A DNA stretch of 45,198 nucleotides from Chiloscyllium plagiosum (lineage: Eukaryota): contig NC_057719.1 of assembly GCF_004010195.1 (NCBI RefSeq), positions 88,853,405 through 88,898,602 of the forward strand, written 5' to 3'. The notes below the pieces were generated by a model, which was given only the letters and a program-made list of their open reading frames with translations, had not been told where the DNA came from and did not search any database. Shown piece by piece: positions 36,410 to 45,198 of the stretch. Position 1 is the stretch's first letter. Each line of letters opens with the position of its first letter. The translations under genes were made by a program, and so were the position numbers.

Positions 36410-37710
36410 GCGATGACCCGGGGCTGTCGGAAAGGTCAATGACCACTTTAAAATCTTACCTCGTGAACAAGCAGTGTGCATGCTGAGCAGGAGTGGACAT
36501 GGGCCTGCTGAGTAAGTGAAGTGATATATTTGGGCAGTTGCGTTACCCGAAGCCTTACTTAAGTAGTGTCTCTCATCCATCCTCCTCCTCTAACCAAAAA
36601 GAGATTTTTGTGCACTGAATTGGTAAGGTAACTAGCTTTTTAAAAAATTCTTTGTTTTTCAACAGTCTCTTTGGGATTTAGAACAGTGAGAATGGCAGTT
36701 AGCGCCAGTGAAAATATTTCTCCTGCAGAATGTGGGAGGTAAGAGTAGTGTGGTCAGAAATAAGGTTTCAAGGTCGCAAGAGTGCACCAGCAAGCAGGAA
36801 GGTGGTTTGAAATAGGTCTACTTCAACGGCAGGAGCATCTGGAATAAGGTGGGTGAACTTGGGTTCATACCTGGGACTTTGATGCTTTGGCCCTTTTGAA
36901 GACACAGATAGAGGGGGGACAGGAATGGTTTTCAGGTTCCAGGATTTAGATGTTTCAGTAAGAACAGAGAAAATGGTAAGAGAGGGGGAGGTGTGGCATT
37001 GTTAGTCAAGGACAGCATTTGGGTGGCAGAAAGGACGTTTGAGGACTCGTCTACAGCAGTAGTACAGGCTGAGGTTAAAACCAGGAAAGGAGGTTACCCT
37101 GTTGGGAGTTATCTATAGGCCTCCGAATAGTTCTAGAAATGTAGAGGAAAGGAAAGCAAAGATGATTCTGGATAGGAGCAAACGTAACAGGGTAGTTGTT
37201 CTGGGGGACTTTAACCTTGCAAATATTGACTAGAAACGCTATAATTCAAGAATATTGGATGGGGTGATTTTTGTTCTTTGTGCAGGAGGGTTTCCTGACA
37301 CAGTATGTAGACAGGTCAACAAGGGGCGAGGCCACATTGGATTTGGTACTGGGTAATGAATCTTGCCAGGTGCTAGATTTGGAGGTAGGTGAGCACTTTG
37401 GTGATACGGACCACAATTCACTTATGTTTACTTTAGTGATAGAAAAGGAGAGGTATATACTGCAGGGCATGAGTTATAGCTGGGGAAAGGCAACTATGTT
37501 GCGATTAGGCAAGGTTTAGATGCAAAGGATGGGGAAGGAAACTGCAGGAGACAGGCACAATTGAAACGTGGAGTTTATTCAAGGAACAGCTACTGCTCTA
37601 TCCAACAGGGAGGAAGTGGTCGAGATAGGGAGCCATGGTTTACTAAAGAAGTTGAATCTGTCAAGAGGAAGAAGGTGGCTTATGTTAGGATGAGACATGA
37701 TGGCTCAGCA
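36410..37710 (+). mobile_element. CR1 LINE 5' region and APE endonuclease, ORF1 largely deleted
   Basis: YFNGRSI, RGGGVALLVKD, YRPPNS, VLGDFN, LTQYVDRSTRGEATLDLVLGNE, GDTDHNSL. Confidence 0.88.
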
Positions 37711-37789
37711 TAGAGAGGAATTAGGGATGGTCAATAAATGCTTGCCTCATTAATGACACCCACATCTCATGAACAAATCAAGTGTCAAG

Positions 37790-38400
37790 CTCCAGGAGGC
37801 TTCCTACACTTCCAAGTGGTAGAACCGATCCACTTGGTGATCTGAACTTTATGTGACTGCAGTACAATCATTTCCTGGAGGCTGGGATCCAGAAATGTTC
37901 AGTCATTTACTATGCTTGAGTTCAACCACCTGGAGGCAGATGCTGCATTCATGGATTTGCTGGAGACCTGCATATGTGGACCACTGGTACAGGTGAAAAG
38001 TTCTGAAGTTCTCACATACCATAGAATTTGCAGGCTACAGGTCATGAACATATCTCCATTCTATTTTGGAACTTGAAAAAACTCCTTAGATTTAATGTGA
38101 TTATTTATTTAATTGCTGTTAACACTCCTTAACTATTTTAACACAACATGTTCATTGCTATTTTTCTATCTGCTCCTCAATGTGAACAAAGCAAAGACTA
38201 ATTAGTCACTCAAAATTTAAAAAAACACTGACACTTCTAAAACACCAATCATCTAAAAACTTACCTCAGAGAGCTCTGTTACTCTGGCTTCACTCCTTCA
38301 AGTCGGATTTGGCTTGAGCTGAGTTTAAGTTTCCCATGTCATCTGAGGCGCTGGCGTTAATCAGTCCTCTCTTCATTGGCCACAGGCACGCCTGGCAAGA
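37790..38400 (-). mobile_element. old CR1-type 5' end (ORF1 Cys-motif remnant)
   Basis: minus strand PVACKFYGM*EL...VHICR resembles SCRMWE...VCRKC near 17380-17445. Confidence 0.4.
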
Positions 38401-38524
38401 CTCTTGCTCGGTTAAGTAGCATCTGTGCTCCTATTAAGATTAAGCATCCTTGCACATTACTATATTAAAATGAATTTTCTGTTCATTCATCCAATCTACA
38501 AGCTTTCCTTTTTTGTTCTTTATT

Positions 38525-39000
38525 CTTTTTTTTTACATGATATGGATGCAGCTGGAAGGGCCAGCATTGATTGCCCATCCCAAACTGCTCATGATGTGAG
38601 TGTCTTGCTAGGCCATTTAAGTGGACAGCTTAGAGTCAGCCACATTGCTATAACACATGTAGGCAAGATGTGGAGGTGCCAGTGTTATACTGGGGTGGAC
38701 AAAGTCAGAACTCACATGACACCAGGTTTATTTGAAATTTCAAATTTTCACCTAATGAAGGGGCAACGCTCTGAAAGCCTGAAAGCCTGTGATTAACTTG
38801 GTGTTGTGTGATTTCTGATATACGCAAAACCAGGCAATTAGTGACTGATATTGGTTTAATGGTTAATATCGCTGAGATTTCAACTCCAGAAATTTATTAA
38901 CTGAATTTAAATTCTCCCAACTGTTGATGGGTTTTGAACCTATGTCCCAGGAGCATTAATTCACCTGGGCCTCTGGATCATTAGTTGAGCAACATTCCAC
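38525..39000 (-). mobile_element. SacSINE/DeuSINE-like SINE with a nested insertion
   Basis: similar to 28872-29185 (ggccagcattgattgcccatccc...). Confidence 0.65.
38668..38819. mobile_element. small inverted-repeat element with a degenerate hammerhead-like motif
   Basis: arms 38705-38728 and 38795-38818 match 20/24; CTAATGA-a-GGGGC-aac-GCTCT-GAAA at 38752-38776. Confidence 0.55.
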
Positions 39001-39114
39001 GACCTAAGTTTATTCCTTCCGGTATTTTGACACAATCTTCCATACTTGTAGCTCCACCAAATCTGTTCCCCAGTTTTGGTCTCTGTGGAATTACTATTAA
39101 CTGTGGATAAAGAG

Positions 39115-40525
39115 AACTAGTGGATCGACTGCACAAGGGAGTGGGATCTTGTCATTTGTGAGAACAGCGTGAGATAGGCTGATTTGCTCAAACAGGTTGA
39201 TTTAAGGAGGAGGATGTGCCGGAAATTTAGAAAAACATGAGAATAGATAAGTTTGCTGGGCCAGACAGATATACCGAAGGTTTCTATGGAAGCGAAGGAA
39301 GAGATTGCTCCACCTTTGGCGGTCATTTTTGCAGCCTCACTGTCCACTGGAGCAGTACCAAATGACTGGAGGGTGGCAAATATATTCTCACTTGTTCAAG
39401 AAAGGGAATAAGGAATAACCCTGGGAATTACAGACCAGTCAATCTTACGTCAGTGGTGGGCAACTTATTGGAGAGGATGCTGAGACAGGATTTATGATTA
39501 TTTGAAAAAGTTGTACTGCGCTGTAACGTTCTATGTTCATAGCTTGATTAGGGACAGTCAGCATGGTGTTATGAGGGACAGCTTATGCCTAACAAGCCTT
39601 ACTGAATTCTCTGAAGATGTGACAAAATACATTGAGGAAGATAGAGCAATGGATGTGGTCTACATGACATAGAGCAGTGGATGTGGTATTTGATAAGGTT
39701 CCCCATAGTAGGCTCAGAAAGTAAGGAGGCTTGGGATACAGGGAAATGTGGCTGTTGGATATACAATTGGCTGTCCCATAGAAGACAGAGGGTGGTAGCA
39801 GATGGAAAGTATTCAGCCTGGAAACCAGTGACCAGTGGTGTCCGCAAGGATCTGTTCTGGGTACTCTGCTTTGTGATTTTTATAAATTACTTAGATGAAG
39901 AAGTGAAAGGGTGGTTTAGTATGGTTGCCGATGACGCAAAAGTTAGTGGACTTGTGGATAGTGTGGAGGGCTGTTGTAGGTTGCAGTGGGACATTGACAG
40001 GATGCACAGCTGAGTTTGTAAGTGGCAGTTGGAGTTCAACCTGGAAAAGTATGAAGTGACTCATTTTAGGAGGTCGAATTTGAATGGGGAGAAAGTGAGG
40101 ACTGCAGATGCTGGAGATCAGAGCTGAAAATGTGTTGCTGGAAAAGCGCAGCAGGTCAGGCAGCATCCAAGAAACAGGAGAATCGACGTTTCGGGCATAA
40201 GCCCTTCTTCAGGAAGCCGTTCCTGAAGAAGGGCTTATGCCCAAAACGTCGATTCTCCTCTGAACTGCTGTGCTCTTCCAGCACCACTAATCCAGAATCT
40301 GGTTTCCAGCATCTGCAATCTTTGTTTTTACCGCATGGAATACACTGTCAGCAGTGGCAGTAGAGTCAGACACAATAAGGAAATTTAAGCAACTCTTGGA
40401 TAGGCACATGGAGGACAGTACAATGTAGGGAATGTAGTTTAGTTTGACCTTGGAGTAGGATAAAAGGTCAGCACAACACTGAGAGCCAAAGGACCTGTAC
40501 TGTGTTGTACTGTTCTATGTTCTAC
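39115..40525 (+). mobile_element. CR1 LINE ORF2 and 3' end, deleted and interrupted
   Basis: [25 protein letters not shown]...VADDAKV...LQWDIDRM; gttctatgttct tail. Confidence 0.9.
40088..40332. mobile_element. head-to-head pair of hammerhead modules
   Basis: minus copy 40088-40215 (intact core 40185-40212) and plus copy 40220-40332 (GAAA changed to AAAA). Confidence 0.85.
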
Positions 40526-40579
40526 TTAGAATCACAGAAGGAATCAGATCACTACAGAAAATAAAAGGCCATGGTATTT

Positions 40580-41880
40580 GGGGCAACATATTGGCATGGA
40601 TAGGAAATAGGATTGACAGGAAACAGACAGAAATGAGCATAAATGGTCAACTGTAATGAGTGGTGTGCCACAGAAATTAATGCTTTTACAAATAACGTAA
40701 TTGACTTGGATGAAAAAACCGAAGGTATTCTTACTAAGGTTGCTGATGATACAAACATTGCACAACTTACTTTCCAAACAAAGAATATTACAAAATGACA
40801 TAGACAACGTGAAGTGATTAAGATCTGGAAAACTGAACATAATCTAAGAAAATGTGAAATGGCCATTTTGGTACGAAGAGTACAAAGGTAGTACACTATC
40901 TAAATGATGAGAGATTGCAGAGCACTGTGATACACAGGGATCTGGTATTCTGCATGAAATATAAAAGATGGGCATGAAAATACAGCAAGTAATTAAGAAA
41001 GTTAACAGCATCTTATCATTTACTGTAAGGTGTGTTTAATACAAAAATAGGGAGGCTATCCTACTGTTATTCAGGAGACTGGTGAGATGATATCTGGAAT
41101 ACATCTGTACCTCTTTAATCAAGGAAGGATGCAAATGCATTGGAAGCAGTTCTGAAAACGTTTCCTATATAATATCTAGAAATGGACAGAATCATAGAAT
41201 CTCTATAGTGTGGAAGCAGGCCACGAAGCAACTCCGAAGAGCATCCTATCCAGCCCCAACCCTCACCTTCACCCTATCCATGTAATACTGCATTTTCCAT
41301 GGTTACTTCACCTAACCTGCATATTCCTGGAAACTATGGGCAATTCAGTATGACAAATCCAACATAGCATCTGGAGGGATCCCATGCAGACACATAAAAA
41401 TGTGCAAACTCCACACAGACAGTCACCCAAGGCTAGAGTCAAACCTGGGTCCCCGGTGCTGTGAGCCACCATGTCACTAGGTATTAGAATGTCTAATGGA
41501 GAAAGGTTGGACAACCTAGGTTGCTATCTGCTGGAGTTCAAAAGACTAAGAGGCAACTTGGTTGAAGCATGCGAGGTCCTACTTATTTGACAGGGTGCTC
41601 ACGGAGAGGAAGTCTCCTCTTGTGGGTGAAGTTGCCCACTTAAGAGACAAGGAGAACAAGGAGAACTTTATCTCCCCATATCATAGACGGCTGAGTGTCT
41701 TTGGAACTCTCTTTCTGAGAAGTCAGAAGCACACAGTCTTTGAATATTCTTAAGGCAGATCGTTAAGGAGTGAAAAGTCATCAGGGTTTGGCAGGAATTT
41801 GGAATGATCAGAACAGCTTTGATCTTACAAAACGGCAGAACAGGCGAGAGAAACCGAGTGGCTGAATTTGCTGCTAATTC
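40580..41880 (+). mobile_element. old CR1 LINE, split by a SINE
   Basis: SGVPQ, KVADDTNI, QQVIKKVNSIL, LFRRLVR*YLEY. Confidence 0.75.
41189..41475 (-). mobile_element. HE1-like SINE, diverged
   Basis: tgtgcaaactccacacagacagtcacccaagg core. Confidence 0.8.
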
Positions 41881-41898
41881 ATATGTACATATACAACG

Positions 41899-42203
41899 GT
41901 GGGCGGCATGGTGGCACAGTGGTTGCTGCCTCACAGCGCCAGAGACCCGGATTCAATTCCCGCCTCAGGCGATTGACTGTGTGGAGTTTGCACGTTCTTC
42001 CCGTGTCTGCGTGGGTTTCCTCCGGGTGCCCCGGTTTCCTCCCACCATCCAAAGATGTGCAGGGTCAGGTGAATTGGCCATACTAAATTGCCTGTAGTGT
42101 TAGGTAAGGGGTAAATGTAGGGGTATGGGTGGGTTTCGCTTCGGCGGGTCGGTGTGGACTTGTTGGGCCGAAGGGCCTGTTTCCACACTGTAATCTAATC
42201 TAA
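41899..42203 (+). mobile_element. near full-length HE1/V-SINE-like SINE
   Basis: tRNA head, gtgtggagtttgcacgttct core, CR1-like tail, taatc repeats; CpGs retained; acaac on both flanks. Confidence 0.93.
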
Positions 42204-42284
42204 ACAACAGCTCTCAGAAATGCCCAAATAAGCAGAATTACACAATCCTTCAGTCAGAGGAAAAGTTTCTCACTAAAAGATTCT

Positions 42285-42500
42285 AGAGTTTTGACAAAGG
42301 ATCATTGATCTGAAATGTTAAATCTGTTCTCTCCCTGATGAAGGGCTTTTGCCCGAAACGTCGATTTTACTGCTCCTCGGATGCTGCCTGAACTGCTGTG
42401 CTTTTCCAGCACCACTAATCCAGAGTCTTGTTTCTCTCTATGTTGTCTGGACTCAGTGTTCATGCATTTTCTGCTTTCATTTCAAATTTCTACCACCTGT
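42285..42500 (+). mobile_element. young hammerhead module (42333-42426) nested in an older PLE-type terminal repeat
   Basis: decayed TTGACAA-a-GGATC-att-GATCT-GAAA-TGTTA, then intact CTGATGA-a-GGGC-tttt-GCCC-GAAAC-GTC at 42335-42362; flanks tgttctctc / tgtttctctc. Confidence 0.7.
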
Positions 42501-42735
42501 AGTATTATACTTTTATGTTGTTTCCATACTCAAGATTTAGATATTACAATACAAACTGTTTAGTTCGTAGAATTATATTTTATCAAGGGATAGTTAAGTT
42601 CAGCTTCCATTAATTATACATAATGGTCTGGCACTATCAAAGCAGAATGTGAACCTGCCCTTTTATTCTTCCACTTGACCTGCAAACATGATTAAACATA
42701 ATTTGGTTTACGAAAGCAGCAGGAATAATCCACAA

Positions 42736-43060
42736 GGGGTGGCACGTGGCTCAGTGATTAGCACTGCTGCCTCATAGCACCAGGGACCTGGGTCGATTCT
42801 AGCCTTGGGTGACTGTTCGTGTGGAATTTGTATATTCTCCCTATGCCTGCTTGGGCTTCTTCTGGGTGCTTCGGTTTTCGCCCACAATCCAAAGATGTGA
42901 AGATTGGGTAAATTGGCCAGGGTGTTCAGAGAGGTGTCTGTTAGATGCATCATTCAGGGGAAGGGCAATAGGGTAGGGGAATGGGTCTGGGTGGGTTGCT
43001 CTTCGAAGGTTCAGTGTAGACGTTTTAAGCCAAATGACTTGTAGGGATTCATGATTCTAT
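42736..43060 (+). mobile_element. HE1-like SINE, diverged
   Basis: ggggtggcacgtggctcagtgattagcactgctgcctc head, core and tail. Confidence 0.85.
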
Positions 43061-43724
43061 AATTCTAAGTAGTTATGTAATCAAATACTGAGAAAATAGA
43101 CTGTATTAGCTTATTGGTCAGCTTCTGAACTTTTTCCAAAATACTATCCATTCTATTTGCAATGAAAAGAAATTCCACTGATGTCTACTTCTTGAGAATA
43201 ATAGGAACATACAGACAACCATACTAATTAGGACCAGATGACCATTCTGCCCTACCATTCAATAACATCATCATGACTGATCTGGAAGTGAGCTCAACTT
43301 CACTTTCGTGTCTTCTCACTCCTCAAGTCCCTTATCTATCAAGTCTGTAATTAGACACTATCTTTTGAGGAAAATAATTCCACATTCTAACAACTCTTTA
43401 GAGACAAAAAATGTCACCTTCATCTGAAAGAGGAGTCATCATAGTTTAAAACCAAGGACCCTAGACCTAATCTGTGACCCTGCAAAATGTCCTCTCTAGA
43501 GTCATTTATAAGGAACGTAGTAGCAGAGCATTTAGAAATGTACAATAAAGTCAGGCAAAGTCACACTGGTGACAAACGTTTTCTGTTTACTGCAATCTTG
43601 CTCCTCATTTTCACGCATCTACAGCCTGGCTTCAAATGTTAAGGTTCACCTTTTTATAATTTCAGCAACAGAGTTCAAAACATTCCCCACTCCTAAGGAC
43701 ACATTTTGAGAAATGAATAATACT

Positions 43725-43916
43725 GCTGAAAATGTGCTGCTGGAAAAGCGCAGCAGGTCAGGCAGCATCCAAGGAGCAGGAGAATCGACGTTTCGGGCAT
43801 GAGCCCTTCTTCAGGAATGATTCTCCTGCTCCTTGGATGCTGCCTGACCTGCTGCGCTTTTCCAACAACACATTTTCAGCTCTGATCTCCAGCATCTGCA
43901 GTCCTCACTTTCTCCT
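43725..43916. mobile_element. fold-back hammerhead module with a 14-bp TSD
   Basis: aaatgaataatact at 43711-43724 and 43917-43930; minus arm has an intact core (43787-43814); plus arm starts at 43819. Confidence 0.9.
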
Positions 43917-44204
43917 AAATGAATAATACTCAATAAATTTCTCAAGAGCAACTTTATGATTTCTGGGGACTCCATTCTCATTTTCACTAACTCCTCTATG
44001 AGATGGTACAGTCACATAGTGATATCACCTTCTGTACTAAACGCTAGAGGGCTCCAGGAATTTTGTATACATGATTTACAAAGAGCGTAATATCTAAACA
44101 TCAAGTTAGTGTCATCAAGATACACCCATCAAGTCTGAGGCATGTGACATTTTGACAATGCCAATCTTTGAAGACATCTTCCCAGCACAGATATAGTAGA
44201 TGAA

Positions 44205-44690
44205 ATTAGAGTCATACAGATGTACAGCAGAGAAACAGCCCCTTTGTCCAACTCGTCCATGCTGGCCAGATATTCCCACCTAATCCAGTCCCATTTGCCA
44301 GCACTTGGCCCATATTCCTCCAAACCTTCCTATTTATCTATGCCTTTTAGATTTTGCAATTATATCAGCTGCCAAGACTTCCTCTGGCAGCTCATTCTAT
44401 ACAAGTTATCACCCACTGCGTGAAAATGTTACCCCTTAGGTCCCCTCTCACCCTAAACCTATGCCCTCTAGTTCTGGACTCCTCCACCCCAGGGAAAAGA
44501 CTTTTTCTAGTTTTCCTGTCCATGTCCCTCTTGATTTAATAAACCTCGAAGGTCACGCCTCAGCCTCCGACACTCCAGGGAAACAGCCCCAGCTTTTTCA
44601 GCTCTCCCTATAGCTCAAATCCTCCAACCCCGGCAACATCCTTGTAAATCTTTTCTGAACCCTTTCAAGTTTGCCAACATCCTTCCAATT
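44205..44690 (-). mobile_element. CR1 LINE 3' end
   Basis: closely similar to 30774-31270. Confidence 0.9.
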
Positions 44691-44972
44691 GGAAGGAAAT
44701 TGTCTCCCTCAGTGCTGTAAATATTCAATGTTATTGAATTGATTGCATAGTACTTTGGCATGTCCTGGGTTTGTGAAAATCCAACCCAAAGTTTACAGCA
44801 GAAAATTGCACTATTCAAAGAACAGCTCCAGACACAGTACTGGCCAAAATCTATTGCTACAACAACATTTCAAAAGTTAAAAGTGAGAATATAGACTGCA
44901 GAGAAGGAGGGATCAAGACAAGGAGACAACCAGTGTGGGGCTGCGCAGTGTTTCAGGTTTCAGAAAGTGGGT

Positions 44973-45198
44973 TAGAGTGGCTGATCCAGGGCAGATGTGG
45001 GAGGGAATCCAGGTTAGGATTGGGCAGAGAGAATCCAGTGAGGATCAGGGAAGGGGGGAGATCTGGGGAGGGGAGATCCAAGGGATAGAGTGGCTGATCC
45101 AGGGCAGATGTGGGAGGGAATCCAGGTTAGGATTGGGCAGAGAGAATCCAGTGAGGATCAGGGAAGGGGGGAGATCTGGGGAGGGGAGATCCAAGGGA
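44973..45198. repeat. tandem repeat, 113-bp G-rich unit, at least 2 apparently identical copies
   Basis: 44973-45085 repeated at 45086-45198, ending at the window edge. Confidence 0.92.

Noticed and set aside
38260..38400. Minus-strand splice donor (GGTAAGT) suggesting a host exon
   Set aside because: It lies upstream of a CR1 ORF1-like remnant, and a similar motif occurs in the CR1 leader near 36622.
41899..41970. tRNA-like sequence with A and B boxes
   Set aside because: It is a SINE head, continuous with the SINE core and tail.
17091..43916. Recurrent palindromic repeat suggesting a CRISPR array
   Set aside because: Copies are dispersed on both strands with TSDs, with no regular spacers or cas genes, in eukaryotic DNA.

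Overview
Repeat-dominated, apparently non-coding vertebrate DNA. The repeat families point to a cartilaginous fish, probably a shark (inference). I found no host protein-coding exon I can support; the ORF track is explained by retroelement remnants and low-complexity DNA. The window is a nested stack of CR1-type LINEs, two L1 elements, HE1/V-SINE-like and SacSINE/DeuSINE-like tRNA-derived SINEs, Penelope-like elements (PLEs) with RT and GIY-YIG remnants, a probable solo LTR, a long-inverted-repeat MITE-like element, a 401-N gap and a terminal 113-bp tandem repeat. One L1 (4741-9596) keeps both ends and a 14-bp target-site duplication (TSD). The strongest signal is about 17 minimal hammerhead-ribozyme motifs (CTGANGA-stem II-GAAAC-GTC), about 6 with an intact core, showing compensatory stem II variation. 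They lie in PLE termini and in 85-250 bp modules that inserted on their own, several with 10-17 bp TSDs and some as fold-back pairs. In one pair an arm starts at the predicted self-cleavage site. Repeat boundaries are read by eye and approximate unless a TSD is given.
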